Assembly: GCF_039654945.1 (NCBI RefSeq)
Contig: NW_027362160.1
Span: 248,001 to 312,000, forward strand
Origin: Dendrobates tinctorius
Taxonomy: Eukaryota
DNA: 64,000 nucleotides
Direction: 5' to 3'
Under the pieces are notes generated by a model, which did no database searches, was not told where the DNA came from, and saw only the letters and a program-made list of their open reading frames with translations. Shown here piece by piece: positions 36,545 through 51,278 of the stretch (its first letter is position 1; every line of letters begins with the position of its first letter). Both the position numbers and the translations under genes were made by a program.

Positions 36545-39500
36545 TTTTTGTTATAAAACCGACTTTATTGAACAATAAACAAAGGGTTCATAGATTGTTC
36601 AGAAGCATCAGCAAAGATCTGACATATAGCGTTTTACAGTACTTTGACCATTAGACTGTATAACTATATCCATCTCCCCCGGCACACATCCACACCTTCA
36701 GAGCATAATATCAATCAAGCCCAACAGGAGTCAATTTGCTTTCTCGTGTACCAGTCTGTAAATTGGAAGTAACCATGAATCTCCTGGAGTATAGATAATG
36801 TCTGGGCATTAATAAAAGAAGATCAAGTAAGGAAAAACCGTTCAGTGTAGTTTTCTTTATTCGATATGGAGTCTATCCAGTCCATCTTGAAGAGATAGGC
36901 CGCCTTCGTAGTAATTAAACTCAAAGAGGAAGTATTACCCTGTGCTCATAGATGAAGAATACTTTTGCGGGTGGTTGCCGCCCAGATGAATAATATACGG
37001 TGCTGCTTAACAGAAAGCCTCACCACCTGATCTTGTGGGAGAATGTTGACTATGGCCCACTCCGGAGAAAGAGAGATTGATACACCAAAGGTATTACTGA
37101 GATGTTCCTAGAGTGCATCCCGAACCTCCCGTATTTTTGCTCAGTCCCAGAGACAATGAAAAATATTAGCTGGAGAATGTAAGCATTTAGGGCAGGGAAA
37201 ATTACGTGAGGGGGGCATTTTAGATTTAATCTCTGGGGAGATATATGCTCTATGGAATATCATGAGAGTCATGGTTGTGTAACTATCACACGGTAACATA
37301 GAGTTAATACGTAATGTGGCTTTCAGGAGGTCTTTTACCTGACAGTTGAGATACCCATCTCCCCAGGCTCGGTGTGGAGTCTGACCACCGTATGGAAGGT
37401 TTCAGTTCCTTGTATATAAAACTCAAAGAATAATTCCCTGTGTGAGCTTTAATGGAGATTAAGTTTAGAGTGTGCGCTCGAACGTCGTCCGGTATACCCC
37501 GTAGTACCGAGCCTACATGTCTACTTTGGGTGATAGTAAAATTATCTCCCACCAGGATTGGCTATTTAAAGAGTGTCTTCCAAAGTAAGAGGACATTGAT
37601 TGTCCGCCAACATGTCACAAACCAGTCTACGTCCATTATTCCCATGCACACGATAGATGGGAGGTGGCCTGCCCTGTAGAAAGGAGGGATTGCCCCAAAA
37701 GGGAAGAAACACCAAACTATGGAGGTCAAGTCCACTAATTCGTCTAGCAAGGCGCCATCCCAAGATTACTGACCACAGTAGAGTTTACTCCTAACATCCA
37801 CTGGGACCTCGGCTTGTCATAGGTGAAGCCGAGCAGGGAGACTAGAAGGTCTACACATCCCCTCATCTATTGGAGTATTGGTGAAGGCATAGATCCAGTG
37901 CAGGGAGTGGCGGAAGACAGCCGCTATACTATACAGGCGTATATTAGGGAGATTAAGGCCACCTAAGGATTTAGTTTGTTGCAGCTTAAAAATACTAAAT
38001 ATAGAGCCCCAATTTGAGCCCCAAATAAATTGATGGAAGATTTTTGTTAAAAGCCTGTCATCAGCTTTAAATAATAGAACCGGCAGCGTCTGTAAGGGAA
38101 AAAGTATTTTAGGGAAAGAGATCATTTTAATCAGATGGGCCTTGCCCGCAAAACACAGTTTAAGGGATTCCCAGGATTGTATTTCCTGTACAACCACAAA
38201 AATGAGGGGCCGGACATTCAGTTTATTAATGTCATGGGGGATTGAAGGCAGGTTGACCCCAAGATAACGCAGGGAGTCTCTCACCCACTGAAAGGGGAAA
38301 GGGAACGGCCACCGTTTCTGAGCAGCTTTGAAGGCATGAGATTTGTCATAATTTATGCAAGATCCCAAAACTGCTCCAAATTCGTTAAAGGCATCCATTA
38401 TAGAAGGAATGGATTCCTTAGGGTTGACTATCATGAGTAAAATATAATCAGCAAATGCCAATGTTTTAAGCGTAGGGTGACCGATCCCAATACCCCCAAA
38501 GGAAGGGATCATCTCCAGGTATCTCAGCAAAGGGTCAAGGGCAATATTAAATAACAGAGGTGACAGGGGACATCCCTGCCTCTTACCCCCCGAAGATGGA
38601 AAAAGTTGATTGAATACCATTAAGCCAAATCGAAGATTGGGGGTTGGTGTAAATTGTCCTTACAAAGTTGAAAAAGGTAAAGCCAAACAATCTATACTTA
38701 AGGGTTCGAATGTGGTGAGACCAAGACACTCGATGGAAAGCTTTATCAGCACCAAGGCTGACCAGTATATGCGGCTTGGCTTTAGCCTGGTAACTATGTG
38801 TAATGGCAGCCAATGCCGTCCTAATATTATAAGTGATAGACCGACCATGGACAAAACCCATTTGTGATGAGGTGAGAATATCAGGAAGTATAGACTGAAG
38901 TCTATTAGCCATGATTTTAGTAAGTAATTTAAAATCGACATTAAGGAGGGAGACTGGACAGTACGAGACAGGGAGAAGCGGGTCCTTGCCTGGCTTTAGC
39001 AACAATGATAAACAAGCTTCGTTGAATCGGTCAGGCATAAAACCTGAATCAATAATATGATTAGAAAGAGAAGTAAGGTGGGGAGTGAGTTAAGGTTGTA
39101 ACACTTTATAAAATTCAACCGAAAACCCATCTGGGCCAGGTGCTTTCAGCAACTTTGAAGACTTAATGACTGATCCCACCTCCCCAGGAGAGATCGGCTG
39201 GTTTAAAGTTTCCCTTTGGGAAGTGGAAAGTTTTGGTAGATCAACCTTATGTAAAAATTTGTATCCATTCCCCCGGGCGTCTAAGGATGGGCCATAAAGG
39301 TCTGCATAAAAATCTCTAAAAACCGCACAGATTTGAGTTGGGTCACGGGTGATAGAGCCATCGGGTAATGTAATATCAGAGACTCTAGTGGCCGCTTTGG
39401 CTTCGTTAGGGACGCCAAAAGACGGCATGGTTTATTACCCCTCCGAAAATATCGGTTGCGTTGATGAGCCTGATTGTGTTCCTGTTCATGCAATAGGGTG

Positions 39501-42380
39501 TTTAAGTTTCGTTTAGCCGTAACGTAAGCCTCTCTGAAGGAGGGAGTATTATGTAATTTAAAATCTCTATACGATTGAGTAAGCCTTGGTCTAAGAGAGG
39601 CCGCAGGGACGACAACAATCTGTTTTTTTTCTGGGACACATAGGATATAATATGTCCCCTAAGCACCGTCTTAGCAGTGGCCCAGAATAAGTTAATATCG
39701 TCTAGGTGTTCCAGGTTGTCCTCCATGAGTCTCCCACCAACCAATTCTATAGCGTTTGAAGTCATCCGAAGTGTAAAGATATGAGGGAAAACGCCAATGA
39801 AAAGAAACAATTCTACTAGTGGGGAGATCCAGAGTAAGTAAAACTGGAGAATGGTCCGAGATAACCGATGGGAGTTTTTCTACTTTTTTTTTTTTAAGAA
39901 GAAAAGAAGAGGGGCAGAGATTAACCAATAATCAATACGAGTATGAACATCATGTACTCTAGAATAGAAGGTGTTCTCTCTCTCCGCAGGGTGGCAGCAT
40001 CTCCAAGCAGGAACCAGATCAAGCCTATCTAGTAGGGTAGAGATCACTCTAGTTGAAGAATGAGATGCAGGCAAAGGTGTAGATCTATCAAGGAAGACAT
40101 CCTGAAGGGTATTTAAATCTCCATCTAATAATATATTAGTGGGATGCCAGCCATGAACAACTTCCACGAGTCTAGCAAAAACGGAAGGATTGGCAGGTGT
40201 TGGGCACATAAACATTAATGAGGCAATATTCCCGCTGTTCAATAAGGACTCGGACTAGTAAATATCGTCCCGTCATATCTCTCACTACATCCTGTATAGA
40301 GTATGCGAGGTCCTTATGAAACAAAATGGCCATCCCGTGCTTCTTCCGTGAAAAGGAAGCATCCAAATAATGTGTATTACGGAGCGTTGGGTGACCTCTG
40401 CAAAGCCAGTGAGTTTCTTGTAAAAAGATGATATGTGGGCGGATATGGGTAATATGGTCTAATACCTTTCTGAGCTTTACTGGCGAATTCAGACCAGCTA
40501 CATTCCAGGATTAAAGTCTACATCAATATGAGAAGCTACATCATTGCATGTAGCCATGTTAGCCTATCCCACATGGAGGCCAAAAAGTAAAAATTGTAAA
40601 AAAAAAAATAAAGGACAAATGGGCAAAAGTCTGTCCCAGCGAGCAAACCTTAATACCCAAATTAACCAAAAAGACTGAGTACAGAGTGTGCCCAAGGAAG
40701 GGGAACCCACCCCCAATCTCGGGAACCCACCCTCAATCCTCAAACGAACTGAAAATCAACATGTAAACCACAATACTGAACATCAGGTTAAATTATCCTG
40801 ACTAATAGCAGCCCCTAGAGAGGAATTTTACAAAATAAGAGCAAACATTGTGCAAACTAAAAATAAAAAAAAATAGGTGATAATTGTGCAATAAGACCGC
40901 ATTATCACCCAAATCCCAGTACTTAAAGGTAATAAAACATTTGACCACAAACCAAAGTCAAGTAATCGAAGAGGATGCCCGGGAGGAACGCTCCATTTCC
41001 TCCAAGGCTTTATCAGGATTGTCAAAAAACACCAGCTTTCCGTGAAGCACCACCCGGAGGCGTGCAGGGTATAGAAGGGCAAAACGTGTGCCCCTGTCAC
41101 GTAACAGTCTACAAACTGATGAAAAAGCACGGCGCTTGGCCACTACCAAGGCGGAGAAGTTCTGAAACATGAGAAGGGAGTGACAGGAGGCGGCTCGAAA
41201 TGCCCGCAGCAGCTGCATTTTGTCCTGGTAGTTGAACAACTTAAAAATAACAGGGCATGGGCGGGCTTTTGGATTGGAACGCTCAGGTCCAGTCCTGTGG
41301 GCTCATTCCACTACTATAGAGCCAGGCACATTAAGTGCCTGCGGGAGCCAGGAGGAAGTAAAGTGATGAAGGTCTTTCACGGACTCAGGGACGCCAATGA
41401 ACCGGAGATTGTTTCAACGACTCTGATTCTCCAAGTTTTTCCCGGAGCTGGTCTATTGCATAGTCTCTGTCCTTTACCTGAGCAGCGTAAGATTGTACAG
41501 TGTCCTCCAAATTGAAAATCCGCTGCTCTGCCGCTGAGATTTTACCAGTGTGTTCAGTCAGCTGGGATGTGATTGTTTCCAGCAAGGATTGGAAAGACTG
41601 AAGTCCAGCGTCAATCACATGAGTTTCATCATAATTAATCATAATAAGTTTCATTGGGATCAGTGACTTCCTCTTTGCCCCAGCTGACCCCTGGAAGCTG
41701 TTGTCTCCAGAGGGCCCCAGAACCCATTGCAGCCATGTCTGACGCCATGATGGAGGCCCTTTGGCAGAGAGCAGCACAGGTGAGCACTGGCTTCAAGCCC
41801 TTATTACTGGCCTTGGTGCTCACCTCCCTGTGCCCTCTCATGACACCCTAATAGTGTCTCGGCCTTCCCCTTCATCCCCGGGGGCACCGTCCTTGTCGGC
41901 CCCTCCTGACCTCTCACTCTGCCATGCCGCACAATCCCTTGCTGCCTCCCCTCCTATCACGACCTCCCCTTCTACTGGGTTGCCCCCGGCCGTCACCTCC
42001 CCGTGCCGCTCCCATCGTTTGGCCCACCTCTACCAGATGCCGTTCTGGGAGATCCGTCGTCATCTTTCAGTCCACCCGCGGCTCCCCCATCCTCCTGTGC
42101 TCTGGATGCTGCGGTGGCTGTGTACGGCGGCAGTCAAGGTGCACCCGCCCTTCCCAACGGTTCCATGTTGGCGGGGGCTCGCCGGTCGCAGGTCGACATC
42201 CTCGTTCCACTGCCACCGCGCCACATCCTTCTCGTCGCTCCAGGGTTCGGGCCGGGACGCGCTTGGCCCGAGCCCCTGCAGTCACCGCCAACTTCCTGGC
42301 ACGTTATACTCGGGCCCTGCTCACCTCCACACGGAACTTCCGGCCAGTGTCAGAAGACTTCCGGATCAGCCCAGGCCCAG
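36545..42380 (-). mobile_element. Near full-length decayed L1-clade LINE (GC-rich 5' region, ORF1, ORF2 EN-RT)
   Basis: ORF1 fragments (AEQRIFNLED, RFALLYPARLRV). APE endonuclease fragments (DGDLN, RIDY, SDHSPV). RT fragments (KAPGPDG, YCPVSLLNVDFK, RQGCPLSPLLF, FADY). AATAAA and A-rich end at ~36545-36570. Many stops and frameshifts. Confidence 0.9.
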
Positions 42381-45300
42381 TGTCACGTAACCACTTCTCA
42401 GCACGTGACTTGGGGTTGTGCCTGCAAGGGTTAATCTATCTCCTCTCACTCAGTCCAGCATTCAACCACTGTCCTATGCTGCAATGGGAGCATAAATCAC
42501 ACCCCGACACAGACCACACACCCCGCTCATACACGCTGCCACCACTCACTGAACACGAGTCCCGGAAATATTACTACTACTACTGCCTGCCCTGCTCCCA
42601 GTATATTCTTTGTCAGAAGCAGTAGGGGGTTGGTCTGTAAGACATCGAAGTTTCTCCAGACTGACATCTTTCCGCAGGGCCTCCTGGAAGCTCGGTCAGT
42701 CTGCAGCCCCTGGCCTAGAGTGACTGCCAGTCTCTGGTCTGAAGCTGAATCTTCAATGTCGGTTATCAGGGACCTTGTTGGGTCTGCCATGTGAGGAGGC
42801 GCCTGGGCCATAGTATGGTCCTCCGGTTCAGGCAGTTTTATTTGAGACTCATCCTCTAATCTCGGGTTGAGTCTGAGCTGCAGCCTGACTACGGGTCACA
42901 GCTGCTAAATATGTACATTCCTGTGCATTGGTACATTTTCCCTCCTCACACGGGATCTCAGGTGGGTCACTTGCTTCCACCTTCTCTGTAGCATTTACTT
43001 ACAAGGGAGGGATATAGTAGGACACCATCCTCCCCAAGTCTGTGCCTAGCAACACATTGGTGGGAATAGCCTCTGATACTCCCACTTCTCTCAGTTCTTT
43101 CCCTGCTCCCCAGTCCAGGTACACACGGGCCATGGGCATGGCAGGGCTGACCCTTCCAACCCCAGTTATAGTCATAGCCTTTCCTGGTATGATATCGGCA
43201 GGGTTTACCATTGTTGGACGCATCAGAGTCACCTCTGGCCCAATGTCTCTGAGGCCAATAGTGACTTTATTGCCAACAGTGACAAATTGACAGTTCTCAT
43301 TAGTCCTCACACCAGAGCCGGCCACAAAGAGGACAGCAGGTGGGGACCCAGACGGCTTTGTGGTTGTAGATGGGCGTTTCTCCCTATCAGGGCAGACGGC
43401 ACTCACATGTCCCACTTTGTTGCACGCGAAGCATTAGCTTGCATCGCCTAAAGAAAGTCTATTCCCCGGGACCCCCAAAGGAGGTGGGCTTGGACAGCAC
43501 TGGTGATCAGCCGGCAGAGGGAGAGGGGTCCCCATTTGGCTTACTTCCCTTCCAGCTGAATCCCGATGGTTTCCACACTTCAGGCATCCTGTTGGTCACA
43601 TAGCAATTTTTGCAGCCTGATCCGCAGTTTGTGGCTCTTGATCACACACAAATTGTCGTACATCCGTGGGGCACATATGAAGAAATTGATCCTTGAGAAT
43701 AAGATCCGTCAAGTGCTCAAAACTGTTAACAGAAAATCCCTTGATCCATTGGTGGAACGTGGTCCTCAAGGTGCTCACGATATCCGCATAGCTGTCCGTT
43801 GATCGACGTAGTAGGTTCCGGAACTTTCTCCGATACACTTCTGGGGTTAGGCTGTTTCCTGATCAGGGCCTCATAGTTCCCATCTAGCTCTGGTAGGAGG
43901 TCAGCAAAAACTTCCAGGGCTTTGCCTCTCAACCATGGAGTTAGATACCGCGCCCACTGCTCACGGGGTAGATGGTATTGCCTGCAGGTTTTTTCAAACC
44001 CCGAATTAAAGTATCTAAGTCCGTATCCTTCTCCATCACAGGGAAGTTTTCCAAACGGGGTCTCCTTGGATTTATCCTGGGAGGGGGTTAGCTGAGGACT
44101 GTTAGCCCTTTCTATTTGAGCCATCAAGGGCTTGAAAGCTCTCTCCTCCCGGAGTCCTGTAGCCTTTCTCTGGGCCCGAAGTTATGCAGCCGCAGCCTCT
44201 CTCTTAGCCTGCCAGTACTGTAGAATAAGCTGCAGGCGCAGATTGGGATCACTTGTTCCCAGCTGTTATAAGTCCATTTGTGAAGTAGAGTCCATAGGCT
44301 CCTCAGCATTGGCATTACTGGCACCCCCATCAGCTCTATGTCCTGCTCGACCAAGGCACATATCAGCAGTTCCTTGGATTTGTCGGCTGCCTCTATTCCT
44401 CTCTGCTCACAGAGGTCGGGCAGAGCCTCTTTGCTCTGCTTCTTGTACTGGGCTGCCATATTAATAAACAGCCTTTTGCCAAATAAAAAATAGAAAAGCG
44501 GGGAAGGGAAACTGTTTGCAAGTATGTGTACTACAGAACCTCATCCTCACAGTGGTGGACTATGCTACACAATATCCGGAAGCTGTGGCACTGTCCTCCA
44601 TCCGAGCAAAATGGCGGATGCTTTACTGACTCGTGTGGGTTTCCCCTTGGAAATTTAACCGATCAGGGAACCCAATTCATGTCCAGTCTGATGGAAAGCC
44701 TCTGCGAAGAAATACACGTGCAGCATTTTGTGGCCAGCGCCTATCACCCCCAAACCAATGGACTCTGCGAGCGCTTTAACAGAACATTAAAACAAATGCT
44801 CAATGTATGGCCGGCAGTAACTTAGCATCTGTTCTAGGCTGCAGGTCTCACAAAGGTCATGACCTATGTTATCCTGAGAAAAAGACAGTGGAAACATTTC
44901 ACACTTTCTGGTGCCTGTGAAGGGAGACGCCAAATGGCAGCCTGACAATATCTATTTACTATAAGAAAGAAAAGTTATACTAAGAGCGTTCAGAGAAAAA
45001 TAATGTATTCATTGGTAGAGTCGCCATGGTCCAGTCACAATCCAGGAATTAGAATATTAACATGAGAGGCTGGTCTAGAAATCTGATCTCCAGGTTAAAT
45101 CTATAAGTTACATGTTCACAGATGAGGGACAGCCAAGCTGGTGTGAGCCATTCCATATTCATCCCCCCTCAGGGAGCAGAACAACAGACTGCAAGGTTTG
45201 GATATTTCTGTAAGTTTTCTCCATTTTATTTTATTACTGTTTTGCATATTTCTATGTCACTTTTTGTTTCCATATTTTTATATCTTTTTATTGTAAGCAC

Positions 45301-45610
45301 TGCACCTTTTCTATTAAAGTTTAAAACGTTAATAAGTCTAAACCTTATATATGCAGTAAAGAATCCGAAGCCTTAGAGTGTGTGCTCCTGGTGATTGGCA
45401 GACAGTAGTAATATTTCCGGGACTCATCGCCCGTGTGTTCAGTGAGTGGTGGCAGCGTGTATGAGCGGGGTGTGTGGGCTGTGTCGGGGTGTGATTTATG
45501 CCCCCATTGCAGCATAGGACAGAGGGTGAATGCTGGACTGAGTGAGAGGAGATAAAATAACCCTTGCAGGCGCAACCCCAAGTCACGTGCTAAGAAGCGG
45601 GTATGTGACA
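42381..45610. mobile_element. Rearranged Gmr1/SCAN-type Gypsy remnant bounded by ~210-bp inverted LTR-end copies
   Basis: Minus-strand gag-protease 44460 to ~43000 (FEKTCRQY..W..YL, YRRKFRNL, KDQFL, HVSAVCP, NVLLGTDL). Plus-strand integrase fragment 44540-44810 (TDQGTQFMS, YHPQTNGLCERFN). 42381-42590 is the reverse complement of ~45400-45610. Confidence 0.8.
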
Positions 45611-45780
45611 AGGCCGTAGGCAGAAAATATAACTGACACTGCCTGCAGGATGCCGCACATAGAAATAGCTAACCTGACACCAGAACAAGGCAGAGAAAAG
45701 TTAACCCCTGACATGACCAGAGCAGGAAAAACCCGGTCTGGATCATGACAGTGGACCCCCCACGTCTGTATACTCTAAAG

Positions 45781-46315
45781 CAGGGGTCCTCAACCTGTAG
45801 CTCAGGAGCCACATGTGGCTCACTGACCCATGAATTGTGGCTCGCGACTGTCTACCAGCTTGGTGCATTAGGTCCAGGTCTAGCAAACAGGTGTGTAGAG
45901 CACATCTCAAAATAGTGAATTGTGTGAGTAGCCCTCCACAGAAGAGCAGATGTGGATGCACATTTACAGGCCTTAGAGGTTTAGACATGTCTTAGGTATG
46001 GTACGCTGGAGGATGGTCTTATCTGTTAGAAGAGGTGCTCAAAGCTGGATGTGACAGTGTTTTGGAAGTCATTGATGGGAGAATACTGAATTTGGGGATT
46101 GTGGGAACCCCTGGATCTCAGTGTACTTCTTTGGAGTGATTTCTGTGGAAAAGCTTTGGTTATCATTATATCTGTAATGGGGGCTTTGGTTGACAATACT
46201 TTGAAGGAGGTGGGAGCTGGATGTGGCTCTCGACCCTCCCTGTGCTGAATGTGGCTCGTGACCCTCTCTCTAAGCTGAATGTGGCTCTCAAGGTCAGAAA
46301 GGTTGGGTAACACTG
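45781..46315. mobile_element. hAT (Charlie-like) MITE
   Basis: TIR CAGGGGTCCTCAACCT / AGGTTGGGTAACACTG. Imperfect 8-bp TSD CTCTAAAG / TTCTAGAG. Subterminal TGTGGCTC repeats. Confidence 0.75.
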
Positions 46316-46323
46316 TTCTAGAG

Positions 46324-47780
46324 TGTGGACCCCCACGTCTGTGTACTCCAGAATATGGACCCCCCCACGCCTGTATACTCCATAGTGTGGATCCCCTCGT
46401 CTGTATACTCCAGAATGTGGACCGCCCACATATGTATACTCCAGAATGTGGACCGCCCACATATGTATACTCCAGAATGTGGACTCCTCACATCTGTATA
46501 ATCCAGAATGTGGACCCCCACGTCTGTATACTCCAGAATGTGGACCGCCCACATATGTATACTCCAGAATGTGGACTCCTCACATCTGTATAATCCAGAA
46601 TGTGGACCCCCACATCTGTATACTCCATAATGTGGACCGCCCACATATGTATACTCCATAATGTGGACTCCTCACATCTGTATAATCCAAAATGTGGACC
46701 CCCACGTCTGTATACTCCAGAATATGGACCGCCCACATATGTATACTCCAGAATGTGGACTCCTCACATCTGTATAATCCAGAATGTGGACCCCCACATC
46801 TGTATACTCCAGAATGTGGACCCCCACGTCTGTATACTCCAGAATGTGGACCCCCACGTCTGTATACTCCAGAATGTGGACCCCCACGTCTGTATACTCC
46901 AGAATGTGGACCCCCACGTCTGTATACTCCAGAATGTGGACCCCCACGTCTGTATACTCCAGAATGTGGACCCCCACGTCTGTATACTCCAGAATGTGGA
47001 CCCCCACGTCTGTATACTCCAGAATGTGGACCCCCACGTCTGTATACTCCAGAATGTGGACCCCCACGTCTGTATACTCCAGAATGTGGACCCCCACGTC
47101 TGTATACTCCAGAATGTGGACCCCCACGTCTGTATACTCCAGAATGTGGACCCCCACGTCTGTATACTCCAGAATGTGGACCCCCACGTCTGTATACTCC
47201 AAAATGTGGACCCCCACGTCTGTATACTCCAGAATGTGGACCCCCACGTCTGTATACTCCAGAATGTGGACCCCCACGTCTGTATACTCCAGAATGTGGA
47301 CCCCCACGTCTGTATACTCCAGAATGTGGACCCCCACGTCTGTATACTCCAGAATGTGGACACCCACGTCTGTATACTCCAGAATGTGGACACCCACGTC
47401 TGTATACTCCAGAATGTGGACACCCACGTCTGTATACTCCAGAATGTGGACCCCCACGTCTGTATACTCCAGAATGTGGACCCCCACGTTTGTATACTCC
47501 AGAATGTGGACCCCCACGTCTGTATACTCAGGAATGTGGGCCCCCCACGTCTGTATACTCAGGAATGTGGGCCCCCCACGTCTGTATACTCAGGAATGTG
47601 GGCCCCCCACGTCTGTATACTCAGGAATGTGTACCGCCCACATGTATAATCCAGAACGTGGACTCCTCAAGTCTGTATACTCTACAGTGTGGACCCCCCA
47701 CGCCTGTATACTCCAGAATGTGAACCCCTCATGTCTGTATACTCCAGAGTGTGGAACCCCCACGCCTGTATTCTCCATAG
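46324..47780. repeat. 30-bp minisatellite (TGTATACTCCAGAATGTGGACCCCCACGTC), ~48 copies; one more unit at ~45751-45780
   Basis: Homogeneous core 46790-47520; degenerate 30-31-bp units at the edges. Confidence 0.97.
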
Positions 47781-47799
47781 TCTGTTGAGGGCAGAGCAG

Positions 47800-48500
47800 T
47801 GTCACGGTGACCCGTCCTGTGTGACGCGACCTGCAGGCCGGTAACTAAAACAACAGGACGCGGCACGTGATACTGTCCTGTGTGACACGGCTCGCAGACC
47901 GGTAACTAAAACAATACACGGGGAAAGGGGAAACAGTTACAACGGTGGGCCCTGCGATAGGGAAAGGGGACGTGGAGACCTCCTGCACTCCCCTGAGTCA
48001 GTGTCCCTAACGCTCCTAACGTTCCCTATGCCGGTTCTGCACCGGGCGCCGATCACGAACCTGTCGCCCCAGCACACCCTACACCTATCCCTTGCTAGGG
48101 AGCTGGGTGGCGCAGGCACTGGCCCCACCGCTGTACTAATACACACTAAGGAAAAACACAAACAGGGAAACACCACTTAGCTTTACTCTGTGGCTCTTGC
48201 TCCTGGCAACAGAGTCCACCACCAGAATGCAGCTCTCCTCCTGAATCGCTGCCACCAAGCTCTGTCAGAGCTACAAGGAAATCCCCTCCTTCCACACCAG
48301 GCTAAGACAGTGCTGCAAGGAACGCTCTCCAGCTCCTTCCTCCACCAAGGATGGTTGAAATGAACACTATCACCAACACTGATTGCAACACCTGTGACTC
48401 TCTTATAGCAGAGCCAGCAATCACACCTGCATTATAATCATGTGCACTTAAAACAAGAGTGCAATGACGCTCACCACCACCGGGGCCAACTTAGAACAAA
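47800..48500 (-). mobile_element. Possible LTR remnant
   Basis: Terminal TGTCAC at 47800. On the minus strand, TATAAG at ~48405 is followed ~30 nt later by GGTGAT, as in the sushi-type LTRs here. Other end unclear. Confidence 0.35.
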
Positions 48501-48519
48501 CGACACCACAGTGCAATAA

Positions 48520-49333
48520 TCCTAATGGCCACCGGGGGGCAAAAACCAAACTTAAGCATAGCTTAAGAAAAAAAAGGTTACCTGTGCTTTTTATCAGTCC
48601 TGATCCAGCATGGATCATGACAAGCAGAGTCCTGCAGTGCGCAGGCGCCGGGAGAGGTCCGGCCCCTTAAAAAGGGCAGAGCAGTGCGCCTGCGCAGGAG
48701 TCATGACAGGCCGCAAAGAAGAGTACGTCACCGTTAGAAGATGGGATGCGCTGGACCGCAACACCCATCGGACCAAGACCGGACCACCCCCCCAGTGAGT
48801 ATAACTCATTTTTCTTATCTTTCAGGTAACATCGGGGGCCTTTCTACAGCATTACAGAATGCATTAAGCCCCCCGTCAGACATAGCGATCTCACCAGTGA
48901 GATCGCTGTGTGTGACAGCGATCAGCGACCGCCCCCCTGCCGGTATCGCTGATCGCTCTTGGAAAGCCCTGGACATTTCTTTGATCGCTGGTCTCCCGCT
49001 GGCCACCACGCATCGCTGCGTGTGACAGGCAGGAGACCAGCGATCAGCTGGTAACTAAGGTAAACGCAGGGTTTCTAAGCAGCACGCTGGTAACTAAAGT
49101 ACACAGTGATGCCGCGCGCTCGGCGTTGCTGTGCTGATCGCTGGTGAAGCTGTCTGTGTGACAACTCACCAGCGATCATGTAGCGACTCACCAGCGATCC
49201 TGACACGCTGACATAGTTGTCGGGATCGCTGGTGAGTCGCTATGTGTGACGGGGCCCTTACAGAATGCTGTAGATAAGCCCCTGATGGCGGTGCCGGCAG
49301 CTGATACTCGAAAAATGGGGTGACAGATTCCCT
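48520..49333. mobile_element. T2/Kolobok-type MITE remnant (right end only)
   Basis: Ends GTGACAGATTCCCT|TTAA, typical of anuran TTAA-targeting MITEs. Left TIR not found. Confidence 0.5.
48868..49257. mobile_element. PIF/Harbinger-type MITE nested in the T2 element
   Basis: TIR CCCCGTCAGACATAGCGA / TCGCTATGTGTGACGGGG with TAA and TTA flanks. Internal AGCGATC/GATCGCT repeats. Confidence 0.75.
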
Positions 49334-49339
49334 TTAACT

Positions 49340-51242
49340 ACCCGGATATTAACTGGGAAACAGAGACCTGCGAAACCCATAAAGGCGACAGGTTTCTGCT
49401 AATAACCAAGAATAATTATCCTTCACAATTGGTGCAGAATCCGACCAGAGGAGCCGCACTTTACACCTAATACTATCTAACAGACAGAATAACAGATCTG
49501 CAGGAAATAGCGACCACAATATTGTACAGTGTCACTTGTGTTTCGCACGGGGGACTTGTCAGGGAGTCACAAAAACACTGAACTTCAGGAAGGTAACGTC
49601 TGACCAGCTTAGAGACGCCCTTAATCTGGTGACTGGGACAATGTCCTCAGAAATAAGAATACAGAAAATAATGGGAAATGTGTAAGAACATCCTAAATAG
49701 ACGCTGTAAGCGGTTTATACCTTGTGGGAATAAAAGGACAAGAAATAGGAAAAACCCAATGTGGCCAAAGAAGTAAGAGGGCAATTACCAGTAACAAGAA
49801 AGCATTGACACTACTAAAGCAGGACGGCCCCGCTGAGGATCTAACAACTATAGGGAGAAAAATACTTTATCTAAAAAACTAATTACAGCTGCCAAAAAGG
49901 AAACAGAGAAGCACAAAGGAGAGTAACACTAATCCCAAGCTGTTCTTCACCTATATCTATAGTAAGAGAATCATAAGTGACAGTGTAGGAGCCTTATAAA
50001 ACTGTGAGGGAAGAACGGTTGTAGATGACGAGGAAAAAGCGAATATATTACACATCTTCTCCACGGTATTCACGGTGGAAAATGAAATGCTGAGAGACAA
50101 AGAAAACCCGATATTAGGGGTCACCAATCTAACCCAAGAAGAGGGGCGAAACCGGCTACATAAGAGTAAAATAGATACATCTCCGGCTCCAGATGGCATA
50201 CACCCACGAGTACTAAGAGAACTAAGGAATGGAATAGACAAACCATTATTTCTTATATTTAGGGGCTCTATAGCGACGGGGTCTGTTACACAGGACTGGC
50301 GGATAGCAAATGTGGTACCAATATTCAAAAAGGCTCTAAAAGTGACCTGGAAATTATAGGCCAGTAAGTCTAACCTCTATTGTTGGTGAGATATGTGAAG
50401 GGTTTCTGAGGGATGTTATTCTGGATTATCTCACTGAGAATAACTGTGTAACTCCATATCAGCATGGGTTTATGAGGAATCGCTCCGGTCACCAATCTAA
50501 TCAGCTTTTATGAAGAGGTAAGCTATAGACTGGACCAAGGTGAGTCATTGGATGTGGTACATCTTGATTTTTCCAAAGCGTTTGATACCGTGCCACACAA
50601 GAGGTTGGTACACAGACTGAGAATGCCGGGTCTGGGGGAAAATGTGTGTAAATGAGTAAGTAACTGGCTGAGTGATAGAAAGCAGAGGGGGGTTATCTAA
50701 TATATAAAGCTCAAAGTGTGTGTGTGTGTATGTCCGGGATAGGCATCCGCACCGTCGCAGCTACAGCCACAAAATTTGGCACAGTCACACGTCTGGACCC
50801 CGAGAGCGTCCTAAGCTATGTTGTGAGGCGAAATTTTAACCCCGCGCGTTCCAATTCACCAAGCAATTTTGCCCCTATCTACATACTGGGGGAAAAAGTG
50901 TGTGCGCGTCAAGCCCCGCCCTCATTGTGATGTCACAATGGTTGCCATGGCGACGCTGATGTCATCAAATGTTGCAAGCCCCGCCGCCGCTCATTATGAT
51001 GTCATAATGGTTGACTATGAGATGGAGGATGTGTGATGGGTATATGGGCCCGGGACTATGGGATGGAGGATATGTATGATGGGTATATGGGCATGGGACT
51101 ATGGGATGGAGAATGTGTGATGGGTATATGGGCACTCGACTATGGGATGGAGGATATGTATGATGGGTATATGGGCACGGGACTATGGGATGGAGGATAA
51201 TTATAATTTTCTATAACCACAGTTAGTTACTATGCCCGGGCA

Positions 51243-51278
<36 letters not shown>

